Of a DNA stretch of 64,000 nt, positions 30,036 through 44,748 are shown piece by piece (the first letter of the stretch is position 1; each line of letters starts with the position of its first letter). The notes beneath the pieces are model-generated. The model was not told the DNA's origin. It did not search any database and saw only the letters and a list, made by a program, of their open reading frames with translations. Source of the stretch: the human T2T-CHM13v2.0 reference genome, Homo sapiens; assembly GCA_009914755.4 (NCBI GenBank), contig CP086569.2, positions 12,352,001-12,416,000 on the forward strand, read 5' to 3'. The position numbers and the translations under genes were made by a program.

Positions 30036-33000
30036 GGAAACTAAAGGAATAGCATAGAAAGGAATGGCATTGAATGGAATGGAATGGAATGGAATCAGAT
30101 GGAACAGAAAGGAATGGAATAGAATCGAATGGTATGGCATCGAATGGATTGGAATGGAATGTAATGGAATGGAAAGGAATGGAATGGACTCGAATGGAAT
30201 GTACTCAAATGGAATAGAATAGAATGGAATGGAAGTAAATATAATGGACTCGAATGGAATGGATTGGAATAAATTGGAATTGAATGTATTGGATTCGAAT
30301 GGAAAGGAATGGAATGGAATGGAATGGATTCGAATGGAATGGAATCGAATGGAATGGAACGAATTGGAATGTAATTGAATGGCGTCGAAAACAGTAGAAA
30401 GAAATGAAGTTTAATCGAATGATATCGAATGGAATTGAATGGAATGTACGCGAATGGAATGGACTGGAATGGAATGGACTCTATGGGAATGAAGAGGAGT
30501 GGAATGGACTCGAATGTCATGGAGACGATTGGAATGGAAAGGAATGCAAAGGAATGGAATGGAATGGAATCTGATGCATCGCAATGGAATGGAATGGGGT
30601 CGAATGGCATAGAATCGAAAGGAATGGCATCCAATGGAATGGAAACGAATTGAATGGAATGGCATGGAATGGAATGGAAAGGAATATAATGGAAAGGAAT
30701 CGGATGGAACGGAATGGAATGTAATGGAGTCGAATGGAATAGAATCTAATAGAATTGCATTGATAGGAATGGAATCGAACGGACTCGAAAGGATTGGAGC
30801 CTAACAGAAGAGAATCGAACAGAATAGCATCAAATGGAATGGAAATGAATGGAATGGAACGGAATGGAATGGAATGGAATGGAATGGAATGGAATGGAAT
30901 GGACACACATGTAATGGAGTTGAATGGAATGGAATCAAATAGAATGGACGCGAATGGAATGGTCTCGAATGGAATTTATGAAAATAGAATGGAATCGAAA
31001 GTCATTGAACATTATGGAATGGAATCAAATGGAATGAAATCGAATGGAAGGAACCGGAATGGAATGTACTGGAATAGAACGGACTCGAGTGTTACGGAAA
31101 GAAAAGTAAGTGATTCGGATGTCTTTTAATTGAATGGAATGAAATCAAATGGAATGGAAAGGAATAAAATGGAATGGAATGAAATAGAATGCAATAGAAT
31201 GGAAGTGAGTGGAGTCGAGTTGAATGGAATCGAATTGAATGGAATAGAATGGAATAGAATCAAATGGAATGGACTCGAATGCAATGGAACCGAATGGAAT
31301 GGACTGGAACATAATGGAATCGAACGTATTGGAATGGAAAGGAATGGAAAGGAATTGAATGCAACGGAAAGCAATGGAATCGAATGTAATGGAGTCGTAT
31401 GTAGTGGAGTCGAATGGAATGGAATCAAATGGAAGGAAAAGAATACAATCGAATGGAATAGAATAGAATGCAACAGAATGAAACGGAGTGGAATCGAGTG
31501 GAATGGAATAGAATTGAATGGAATGGAAAGGAATGGAATCGAATGGAATGGATCCGAATGGAATGGATCCGAATGGAATGGAATGGAACAAAATGGAATT
31601 GAACAGATTAGAATCGAATGGATCCGAATCGAATGGAATGGAATATAACGGAATGGAATGGAATGGAATGGAATGGAATGGAATGGAATGGAATGGAATG
31701 GAATGGACCCAAATGTAATGAACTCTAATGAAATGGACTTTAATAGAATGGATTAGAAAACAATGGGCTCGAATGGAATTTAATCAAGTCGAATTTAATG
31801 GAATGGAATGGAATGCAAAACTATGGAATAGCATCAAATGGAATGGAACAGAATAGAGTGGAATGGAATGGAATACACAGGAATAGAACAGACTCGAATG
31901 TAATGGATTGCAATGTAAGTGATTCAAAGGGAATGGAATCAAATGGAATATAATCAAATGGAATGGAATGGAGTGCATTGGAATGGAATAAAATGGAATG
32001 CAAACAATGGTACAGAACTCATTTGAATCTAGAGGAATGGAATCGAATGCAATGGGAAAGAATGGAATGGACACGAATGGAATGGATTGGAAACAAATGG
32101 AATGGAAAGGATTTTAATCATACAGAACAAAATAGAATGCAATGGACTCGAATGAAATGGAGTCGAAGAGAATAGTATCAAATGGAAAGCAATGGAATGC
32201 AATCGAATCGAATGGAATGTTAATGAAATTAATTGAAAGGAATAGAATGGAATGAAGTGTAATGGAAAGATATCGAATTGAATGGAATTGAATGGAATGG
32301 ACACAAACGGAATGGACTGGAATGGAATGAACTGGAAAGGAATGGAATGGAGCGGAACGGACTCGAGTGCAATGGAATCGAATGGTATAGAATAGAATGG
32401 AATGGAATGGAAAGGAATAGAAGGGAATGGAATCGGATCCAACGGGACAGATTGGAATGGGGTAGAATTGAATAGAATCGAATGGAATGGCATCGAATGT
32501 AATGGAATGGAATGGACTCGAATGGAATGGAGTGACATGTAATGGAATCGAAGGGAATGGAATCGAATGAAATGGAATTGAATGGAATAGAAAGGAATAG
32601 AATGGAATGGAGTTTAATGGAAAGATATTAAAAGTAATGGAATGGAATTGAGTGGACACGAATGGAATGGACTGGAATGGAAAGGACTCCAATGAAATGG
32701 AGCGCATTAGAATGGACTCGAATGGAATGGATTGGAGTGGAATGGTCTCGAATGGATTGGAAACGAATGGAATGCAAAGGAATAGAATGGAATGTAATCA
32801 AATGGAACGAAATGGAATGGAATGGATTCGACTGGAACAGAATTGAATGGAGTGGAATTGATTGGAATGGAATGCAATCGAATGGAATGAACACGAATGG
32901 AATAGAATGAAATGAAATGGCATAGAATGGAATGGAATGGAATGGAATGGAATGGAATGGAATGGAATGGCATGGAATGGAATGGAATGGAATGGAATGG

Positions 33001-36000
33001 CATGGCATGGAATGTAATGGAATGGAATGAAATTGATTGGAATGCGATGGGCCCAAAAGTAATGGACTCAAATAAAAGGGACTCAAATAGAATGAATTGG
33101 AAAGAAACGGTCTCGAATGTAATTCATACGAATGGAATGATATTGAATGGAATGCAATAGTATGGAATGGTATCGAATAGAATGGAATAGAATGGAATGG
33201 AATGGAACGGAATGGAGTGCATTTGAACGGACTCAAATGCAATAAATTGCAATATAATTGATTCAAATGGAATGGAATCGAATACAATGTAAACAAACGG
33301 AATGGAATTGAATGGAATCAAAAGGAATAGAATGGAATAGAGTGTCATTGAATGATATCGAATGGAAGGGAATGGAATGAATTCGAATGGAATGCACTGG
33401 AATGGAATGGACGCGATCAGAACGGACTGTAGCGGCATGTACACAAATGAAATGGAAACGAATGGAATGGAATGAAATGGAATGATATGGAATTGAAAGG
33501 AACGGAATGGAATGGAATGGAATGGAATGGATTGGAAAAGAATGGATTCAAATAAAATAGAATCGATTGGAATGGTATTGAATGGAGGGGAATTGAATGG
33601 AATGGAAAGCAATGGAAGATATTGGAATCGAATGGCATCTAATGAAATGGAATGGAACGGAATGGAACGGACCCGAATGGAATGGAATGGACTCAAATGG
33701 AATGGACTCGAATGGAATCGAATGAAATATAATAGACTCGAAAAGAATGGCCTCCAGCGGAATTTATTTGAATAGAATGGAATGAAATGGAATACAATAG
33801 TATTGAATGGAACAGAATGGAATGGAATCGAATGGAATGTAATCAAATGGAATGGAACGGAATTCAATATAATGGAATAGAATGGAATGCATTGGAAAGG
33901 AGCAGAGTGGAATCGAGTGGAATGGAATCGAAAGGAATGGAATCAAAGGGAAAGAAATGGAATTGAATGGACTTGAATGGAATTGAGTCGAAAGGAATTG
34001 ACTCGAAAGGAATGGACTGGAACAAAAAGGAATCAAATGGACAGGAATGGAATGGAATGGAATGGAATGGACTGGAATAGAATGGAGTCAAATGCAAACA
34101 CATCGAATGGAATGGATTGAAATGGAATGCAATTGAATGGAATAGAAAGGAAGAGAATGGAATTGAGAGTAATGGAAAGATATGGATTGGAATGAAATGG
34201 AATGGAAAGGAATTGAATGTTAAGGAATGGACTCGGAAGAAATGGATTGGAATTTAATGGTCTCCAATGGAATGGACTGGAGTGGAACGGAATCGAATGG
34301 AATGAAAAGAATGGAACGGAATGGAACGGAAAGGAATAGAATGTTATGGAATCCGATTGGACAGAATGGAATGGAATGGAGTTTCATGAAATGGAGTCGA
34401 ATAGAGTGGCATCAAAAGGAATGTAATGGAACGGAGTGGACTTCAAAGGAATGGACTCGCAAGGAATGGAGACGAACCAAATTGAATCCAATGGATTGGA
34501 GTCGAACAGAATGGAATGGAATGGAATGAACTCGACTGGAGTGGAGAGGAATGTAAAGGAATAGAATGGAATGTAATCAAATGGATTGCAACTGAATGGA
34601 ATCAAAAATAATAGAAAGGAATGGAGTGTAAAGGGATGATATTGAATATAATGGAATGGAATGGAATTCAATGGAATGGAGTCGAAGGAATGGACAGGAA
34701 TGTAATGGACTCCAATGGAATGGAATGGATGAAAATGGATTTGAACAGATTGGAATCGAACGGAATGGAATGCAATGGAATGGAATGGATTCGAATGGAG
34801 AAGAGACAAATGGAATGGAAACGAATTCAATGGAATTGAAAAGAATAGAATGGAATGGCGTGTAATGGTAAGATACTAAATGGAATGGAATGGAATGGAC
34901 TGGATTGGAATGGACCCAAATGTAATGCCCTCGAATGGAATATACTCAAATAGAATGGAATCGAAAGGAAAGGTCTCAAATGGAATTTATTCAATACAAT
35001 GGAATCGAATGGAATGCAATAGAATGGAATGGAATCGAATGTAATGGAATCAAATAGAATGGACCAGAATGGAATGGACTGCCATAGAACGGACTGCAGT
35101 GTAATGGATTGAATTCTAATTCATTCAAATGGAATGGAATTGAATGGAATGGAATCCAATGGAATGGATAGGATTGTACTGGATTGGAATAGCATGGAAT
35201 GCAACGGAGTGGAATGGAGTTGAATGAAGTGGAATGGAATCGATTGGAATGGAATCAAATGGAATGGACGGGAATGGAATGGACTGGAAGAGAACAGACT
35301 CGAATATAATGGATTGCAATGTAATTGATTCAAATGGAATGGAATCGAATGGAATGTGATAAAATTGAAGGGATTGGAGTTCAATGTAATGGAAAAGAAT
35401 GGAATGCAAAGGAATGGAAGGGAACGGAGTGAAATCGAGTGTAATGGAATCGAATGGAATGAAATCGAATGGAATGGACTCAAAAAAAATGGACGAGGGA
35501 CAAAACTGAATCGAACTGATTGGAATGGAACGGAACGGAATGGAATGGAATGGTCTCCATTGGATCGGAGTAGAACGGATTGGAATGGAATGGAATGAAA
35601 TGGAATGGAAAGGAATAGAATGGAATGGAATGGAATGGAATGGAAGGTAATGGAAAGATAACGAACGGATTGGAAAGGAATGCAATGGACCCTAATGGAA
35701 TGGAATGGAATGGAACAGAAACCAATGGAATGGACTGGAGTGAAATGGAGTCGAATGTAATTGACTGGAGTGGAATGGACTCGAAAGGAATGGACTCGAA
35801 TAGAATGGACTGGAATGGATTGTGTTCGAATGGAGTGGAAAGGAATAAAATGGATTCCACCAGATTGGAATGGAACAGAATGGAATGGAATGGAATGGAA
35901 TGCAATGGAACGGCTTGACTGGAATGGAGTCGAATGCAATGGAATAGAAAGGAAAGGAATTGAATGGAATTGAAAGTAATAGATTTAAATGGAGTGCAAA

Positions 36001-37237
36001 GGAAAGATGTCGAATGGAATGGATCGAAAAGAAATAGAATGGAATGGACAGGAATGGAATGGAATAGAATGGAATAGACTGGCGTGCAATGAAAACGAAT
36101 GGAATGGAATGGAAAGGAATGGAGTAGAATAAATACTATGGAATGGAATGGAATGGAATGGAATGGAATGGAATGGAATGGAATGGAGGCGAAAGGAAAA
36201 GAATGGATTGGAATGTCACCGAATGGAAAGATAAGGAATGGAAAGGAGTGGATACGAATGGAATGGAATAGAAAGGAACGGAAAGGTAAAGAATGGAATG
36301 GAATCGGATAGAATGGAATGCAATGTAATGGAGTCGAATGGAAAATAATCGAGTAGAATGATATTGAATGGAATGGAATTTAATGGAATGGAATGGAATG
36401 GAATGGACTCGAATGGAATGTACTCAAATGGATTAGAATAGAATGGAATGGAACTAAACGTAATGAACTCGAATGGAATGGACACAAATAGAATGGAAGA
36501 GAAAGGAATGGTATTGAATGGAATTTATTCGAATAGAATGTAATTCAATGGAATGCAACAGTGTGGCATGGAATCAAATGGAATGGAATCGAATGGAATG
36601 GACCCGAGTGGAATGGACTCACATAGAACAGCCTGGAATGTAATGGATGACAGTGTATTAGATTCGAAGGGACTGAAATCGAATGGAATGTAATCAAATA
36701 GAACGGAATTGAATGCATGGAATGGCATAGAAAGTAATGCAATGGAATGGAATAGACTGGAATGGAATGGAATCGGATGGAATGTAATGAAATGTAATGG
36801 AAGGAATGCCATGGAATGGAATGGAATGGAATGCAATGGCCCGGTGTATAATGGAGTGCAATGGAATTCAGTGGAATGTAGTCAACAGGAATGAAATAGA
36901 ATGGAATTCAATATAAGGGAATGGCATCCAATGGCAGGGAATGGCATCCAATGGCAAGGAATGGAGTGGACTCCAATGGAAACAACATGAAAGGAATATA
37001 ATATAATGGAATGGCATTGAACGATATGGAATGCAATGGAGTTAAAAGGTAAGATATCAAATGGAAAAGAATTGAATGGACTCGAATGGAATATAACGGA
37101 ATGGAATGGACTCGAATGGAATGTACTAGAGTTGAATGGAATGGAATGGAATGGAAAACAATGGAAAGGAAAGGAAGGGAATTGAAAGGAAAGGAATAGA
37201 ATGGAATGGAATCGGATAGAACGGAATTGAATGGAAT
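30036..37237. repeat. HOR long unit L5 (7202 bp), variant set B, with internal ~379-bp deletion plus pentamer-tract expansions
   Basis: At 33298-33310, 'acggaatggaattgaatggaatcaaaagg' fuses sequence that lies ~379 bp apart in the other long units (L1 offsets ~3220 and ~3598). The (AATGG)n tract at ~32912-33010 is expanded. Confidence 0.82.
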
Positions 37238-40200
37238 GGAAACTAAAGGAATAGCATAGAAAGGAATGGCATTGAATGGAATGGAATGGAATGGAATCAG
37301 ATGGAACAGAAAGGAATGGAATAGAATCGAATGGTATGGCATCGAATGGATTGGAATGGAATGTAATGGAATGGAAAGGAATGGAATGGACTCGAATGGA
37401 ATGTACTCAAATGGAATAGAATAGAATGGAATGGAAGTAAATATAATGGACTCGAATGGAATGGATTGGAATAAATTGGAATTGAATGTATTGGATTCGA
37501 ATGGAAAGGAATGGAATGGAATGGAATGGATTCGAATGGAATGGAATCGAATGGAATGGAACGAATTGGAATGTAATTGAATGGCGTCGAAAACAGTAGA
37601 AAGAAATGAAGTTTAATCGAATGATATCGAATGGAATTGAATGGAATGTACGCGAATGGAATGGACTGGAATGGAATGGACTCTATGGGAATGAAGAGGA
37701 GTGGAATGGACTCGAATGTCATGGAGACGATTGGAATGGAAGGGAATGCAAAGGAATGGAATGGAATGGAATCTGATGCATCGCAATGGAATGGAATGGG
37801 GTCGAATGGCATAGAATCGAAAGGAATGGCATCCAATGGAATGGAAACGAATTGAATGGAATGGCATGGAATGGAATGGAAAGGAATATAATGGAAAGGA
37901 ATCGGATGGAACGGAATGGAATGTAATGGAGTCGAATGGAATAGAATCTAATAGAATTGCATTGATAGGAATGGAATCGAACGGACTCGAAAGGATTGGA
38001 GCCTAACAGAAGAGAATCGAACACAATAGCATCAAATGGAATGGAAATGAATGGAATGGAATGGAATGGAATGGAATGGAATGGAATGGAATGGAATGGA
38101 CACACATGTAATGGACTTGAATGGAATGGAATCAAATAGAATGGACGCGAATGGAATGTTCTCAAATGGAATTTATGAAAATAGAATGGAATCGAAAGTC
38201 ATTGAACATTATGGAATGGAATCAAATGGAATGAAATCGAATGGAAGGAACCGGAATGGAATGTACTGGAATAGAACGGACTCGAATGTTACGGAAAGAA
38301 AAGTAAGTGATTCGGATGTCTTTTAATTGAATGGAAAGAAATCAAATGGAATGGAAAGGAATAAAATGGAATGGAATGAAATAGAATGCAATAGAATGGA
38401 AGTGAGTGGAGTCGAGTTGAATGGAATCGAATTGAATGGAATAGAATGGAATAGAATCAAATGGAATGGACTCGAATGCAATGGAACCGAATGGAATGGA
38501 CTGGAACATAATGGAATCGAACGTATTGGAATGGAAAGGAATGGAAAGGAATTGAATGCAACGGAAAGCAATGGAATCGAATGTAATGGAGTCGTATGTA
38601 GTGGAGTCGAATGGAATGGAATCAAATGGAAGGAAAAGAATACAATCGAATGGAATAGAATAGAATGCAACAGAATGAAACGGAGTGGAATCGAGTGGAA
38701 TGGAGTAGAATTGAATGGAATGGAAAGGAATGGAATCGAATGGAATGGATCCGAATGGAATGGATCCGAATGGAATGGAATGGAACAAAATGGAATTGAA
38801 CAGATTAGAATCGAATGGATCCGAATCGAATGGAATGGAATATAATGGAATGGAATGGAATGGAATGGAATGGAATGGAATGGAATGGAATGGACCCAAA
38901 TGTAATGAACTCTAATGAAATGGACTTTAATAGAATGGATTAGAAAACAATGGGCTCGAATGGAATTTAATCAAGTCGAATTTAATGGAATGGAATGGAA
39001 TGCAAAACTATGGAATAGCATCAAATGGAATGGAACAGAATAGAGTGGAATGGAATGGAATACACAGGTATAGAACAGACTCGAATGTAATGGATTGCAA
39101 TGTAAGTGATTCAAAGGGAATGGAATCAAATGGAATATAATCAAATGGAATGGAATGGAGTGCATTGGAATGGAATAAAATGGAATGCAAACAATGGTAC
39201 AGAACTCATTTGAATCTAGAGGAGTGGAATCGAATGCAATGGGAAAGAATGGAATGGACACGAATGGAATGGATTGGAAACAAATGGAATGGAAAGGATT
39301 TTAATCATACAGAACAAAATAGAATGCAATGGACTCGAATGAAATGGAGTCGAAGAGAATAGTATCAAATGGAAAGGAATGGAATGCAATCGAATCGAAT
39401 GGAATGTTAATGAAATTAATTGAAAGGAATAGAATGGAATGAAGTGTAATGGAAAGATATCGAATTGAATGGAATTGAATGGAATGGACACAAACGGAAT
39501 GGACTGGAATGGAATGAACTGGAAAGGAATGGAATGGAGCGGAACGGACTCGAGTGCAATGGAATCGAATGGTATAGAATAGAATGGAATGGAATGGAAA
39601 GGAATAGAAGGGAATGGAATCGGATCCAACGGGACAGATTAGAATGGGGTAGAATTGAATAGAATCGAATGGAATGGCATCGAATGTAATGGAATGGAAT
39701 GGACTCGAATGGAATGGAGTGACATGTAATGGAATCGAAGGGAATGGAATCGAATGAAATGGAATTGAATGGAATAGAAAGGAATAGAATGGAATGGAGT
39801 TTAATGGAAAGATATTAAAAGTAATGGAATGGAATTGAGTGGACACGAATGGAATGGACTGGAATGGAAAGGACTCGAATGAAATGGAGCGCATTAGAAT
39901 GGACTCGAATGGAATGGATTGGAGTGGAATGGTCTCGAATGGATTGGAAACGAATGGAATGCAAAGGAATAGAATGGAATGTAATCAAATGGAACGAAAT
40001 GGAATGGAATGGATTCGACTTTAACAGAATTGAATGGAGTGGAATTGATTGGAATGGAATGCAATCGAATGGAATGAACACGAATGGAATAGAATGAAAT
40101 GAAATGGCATAGAATGGAATGGAATGGAATGGAATGGAATGGCATGGAATGGAATGGAATGGAATGGAATGGCATGGAATGTAATGGAATGGAATGAAAT

Positions 40201-43200
40201 TGATTGGAATGGGATGGGCCCAAAAGTAATGGACTCAAATAAAAGGGACTCAAATAGAATGAATTGGAAAGAAACGGTCTCGAATGTAATTCATTCGAAT
40301 GGAATGATATTGAATGGAATGCAATAGTATGGAATGGTATCGAATAGAATGGAATAGAATGGAATGGAATGGAACGGAATGGAGTGCATTTGAACGGACT
40401 CAAATGCAATAAATTGCAATATAATTGATTCAAATGGAATGGAATCGAATACAATGTAAACAAACGGAATGGAAGGCAATGCAATGGCAAGGAATCGAAT
40501 GAAATGGAATAAATGGAATGGAATCGAATGGAAAGGACGCGAATATAATGGACTGTTAAGGAAAGGTCTCGAATCGAATTTATTCCAATAGAATGGAATC
40601 GAAAGGAATGCAATACTATTGAATCGAATCGAATGGAATGGAATTCAATGGAATGGACAGGAATGGAATGAACTGGAAGTGAATGGACAAGAACGTAATA
40701 TATTCCAATGTAATGTATTCAAATGGAATGGAATGCAATCGAATGGAATTGACTCGATTGGAATGGACTGGAGTGGAATGGACTCAAATGGAATGTATTC
40801 GAATGTAATGGACCTGAAAGGAATGGAATCCAATGGAATGGAATTGAATGGAATCAAAAGGAATAGAATGGAATAGAGTGTCATTGAATGATATCGAATG
40901 GAAGGGAATGGAATGAAATCGAATGGAATGCACTGGAATGGAATGGACTCGATCAGAACGGACTGTAGCGGCATGTACACAAATGAAATGGAAACGAATG
41001 GAATGGAATGAAATGGAATGAAATGGAATTGAAAGGAACGGAATGGAATGGAATGGAATGGAATGGATTGGAATAGAATGGATTCAAATAAAATAGAATC
41101 GATTGGAATGGTATTGAATGGAGGGGAATTGAATGGAATGGAAAGCAATGGAAGATATTGGAATCGAATGGCATCGAATGAAATGGAATGGAACGGAATG
41201 GAACGGACCCGAATGGAATGGAATGGACTCAAATGTAATGGACTCGAAAGGAATCGAATGAAATATAATAGACTCGAAAAGAATGGCCTCCAGCGGAATT
41301 TATTTGAATAGAATGGAATGAAATGGAATACAATAGTATTGAATGGAACAGAATGGAATGGAATCGAATGGAATGTAATCAAATGGAATGGAACGGAATT
41401 CAATATAATGGAATAGAATGGAATGCATTGGAAAGGAGCAGAGTGGAATCGAGTGGAATGGAATCGAAAGGAATGGAATCAAAGGGAAAGAAATGGAATT
41501 GAATGGACTTGAATGGAATTGAGTCGAAAGGAATTGACTCGAAAGGAATGGACTGGAACAAAAAGGAATCAAATGGACAGGAATGGAATGGAATGGAATG
41601 GAATGGACTGGAATAGAATGGAGTCAAATGCAAACGCATCGAATGGAATGGATTGAAATGGAATGCAATTGAATGGAATGGAAAGGAAGAGAATGGAATT
41701 GAGAGTAATGGAAAGATATGGATTGGAATGAAATGGAATGGAAAGGAATTGAATGTTAAGGAATGGACTCGGAAGAAATGGATTGGAATTTAATGGTCTC
41801 CAATGGAATGGACTGGAGTGGAACGGAATCGAATGGAATGAAAAGAATGGAACGGAATGGAACGGAAAGGAATAGAATGTTATGGAATCCGATTGGACAG
41901 AATGGAATGGAATGGAGTTTCATGAAATGGAGTCGAATAGAGTGGCATCAAAAGGAATGTAATGGAACGGAGTGGACTCCAAAGGAATGGACTCGAAAGG
42001 AATGGAGACGAACCAAATTGAATCCAATGGATTGGAGTCGAACAGAATGGAATGGAATGGAATGAACTCGACTGGAGTGGAGAGGAATGTAAAGGAATAG
42101 AATGGAATGTAATCAAATGGATTGCAACTGAATGGAATCAAAAATAATAGAAAGGAATGGAGTGTAAAGGGATGATATTGAATATAATGGAATGGAATGG
42201 AATTCAATGGAATGGAGTCGAAGGAATGGACAGGAATGTAATGGACTCTAATGGAATGGAATGGATGAAAATGGATTTGAACAGATTGGAATCGAACGGA
42301 ATGGAATGCAATGGAATGGAATGGATTCGAATGGAGAAGAGACAAATGGAATGGAAACGAATTCAATGGAATTGAAAAGAATAGAATGGAATGGCGTGTA
42401 ATGGTAAGATACTAAATGGAATGGAATGGAATGGAATGGAATGGATTGGAATGGACCCAAATGTAATGCCCTCGAATGGAATATACTCAAATAGAATGGA
42501 ATCGAAAGGAAAGGTCTCAAATGGAATTTATTCAATACAATGGAATCGAATGGAATGCAATAGAATGGAATGGAATCGAATGTAATGGAATCAAATAGAA
42601 TGGACCAGAATGGAATGGACTGCCATAGAACGGAATGCAGTGTAATGGATTGAATTCTAATTCATTCAAATGGAATGGAATTGAATGGAATGGAATCCAA
42701 TGGAATGGATAGGATTGTACTGGATTGGAATAGCATGGAATGCAACGGAGTGGAATGGAGTTGAATGAAGTGGAATGGAATCGATTGGAATAGAATCAAA
42801 TGGAATGGACGGGAATGGAATGGACTGGAAGAGAACAGACTCGAATATAATGGATTGCAATGTAATTGATTCAAATGGAATGGAATCGAATGGAATGTAA
42901 TAAAATTGAAGGGATTGGAGTTCAATGCAAAGGAAAAGAATGGAATGCAAAGGAATGGAAAGGAATGGAGTGAAATCGAGTGTAATGGAATCGAATGGAA
43001 TGAAATCGAATGGAATGGACTCAAAAGAAATGGACGAGGGACAAAACTGAATCGAACTGATTGGAATGGAACGGAACGGAATGGAATGGAATGGTCTCCA
43101 TTGGATCGGAGTAGAACGGATTGGAATGGAATGGAATGAAATGGAATGGAAAGGAATAGAATGGAATGGAATGGAATGGAATGGAAGGTAATGGAAAGAT

Positions 43201-44748
43201 AACGAACGGATTGGAAAGGAATGCAATGGACCCTAATGGAATGGAATGGAATGGAACAGAAACCGATGGAATGGACTGGAGTGAAATGGAGTCGAATGTA
43301 ATTGACTGGAGTGGAATGGACTCGAAAGGAATGGACTCGAATAGAATGGACTGGAATGGATTGTGTTCGAATGGAGTGGAAAGGAATAAAATGGATTCCA
43401 CCAGATTGGAATGGAACAGAATGGAATGGAATGGAATGGAATGCAATGGAACGGCTTGACTGGAATGGAGTCGAATGCAATGGAATAGAAAGGAAAGGAA
43501 TTGAATGGAATTGAAAGTAATAGATTTAAATGGAGTGCAAAGGAAAGATGTCGAATGGAATGGATCGAAAAGAAATAGAATGGAATGGACAGGAATGGAA
43601 TGGAATAGAATGGAATAGACTGGCGTGCAATGAAAACGAATGGAATGGAATGGAAAGGAATGGAGTAGAATAAATACTATGGAATGGAATGGAATGGAGG
43701 CGAAAGGAAAAGAATGGATTGGAATGTCACCGAATGGAAAGATAAGGAATGGAAAGGAGTGGATACGAATGGAATGGAATAGAAAGGAACGGAAAGGTAA
43801 AGAATGGAATGGAATCGGATAGAATGGAATGCAATGTAATGGAGTCGAATGGAAAATAATCGAGTAGAATGATATTGAATGGAATGGAATTTAATGGAAT
43901 GGAATGGAATGGAATGGACTCGAATGGAATGTACTCAAATGGATTAGAATAGAATGGAATGGAACTAAACGTAATGAACTCGAATGGAATGGACACAAAT
44001 AGAATGGAAGAGAAAGGAATGGTATTGAATGGAATTTATTCGAATAGAATGTAATTCAATGGAATGCAACAGTGTGGCATGAAATCAAATGGAATGGAAT
44101 CGAATGGAATGGACCCGAGTGGAATGGACTCACATAGAACAGCCTGGAATGTAATGGATGACAGTGTATTAGATTCGAAGGGACTGAAATCGAATGGAAT
44201 GTAATCAAATAGAACGGAATTGAATGCATGGAATGGCATAGAAAGTAATGCAATGGAATGGAATAGACTGGAATGGAATGGAATCGGATGGAATGTAATG
44301 AAATGTAATGGAAGGAATGCCATGGAATGGAATGGAATGGAATGCAATGGCCCGGTGTATAATGGAGTGCAATGGAATTCAGTGGAATGTAGTCAACAGG
44401 AATGAAATAGAATGGAATTCAATATAAGGGAATGGCATCCAATGGCAGGGAATGGCATCCAATGGCAAGGAATGGAGTGGACTCCAATGGAAACAACATG
44501 AAAGGAATATAATATAATGGAATGGCATTGAACGATATGGAATGCAATGGAGTTAAAAGGTAAGATATCAAATGGAAAAGAATTGAATGGACTCGAATGG
44601 AATATAACGGAATGGAATGGACTCGAATGGAATGTACTAGAGTTGAATGGAATGGAATGGAATGGAAAACAATGGAAAGGAAAGGAAGGGAATTGAAAGG
44701 AAAGGAATAGAATGGAATGGAATCGGATAGAACGGAATTGAATGGAAT
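37238..44748. repeat. HOR long unit L6 (7511 bp), variant set B
   Basis: Full set of long-unit landmarks, including the 3.6 kb block absent from the short units (tagcggcatgtacac at ~40965, gaatggcctccagcgg at ~41282, ccatagaacggaatgcagtg at ~42620). Confidence 0.85.
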
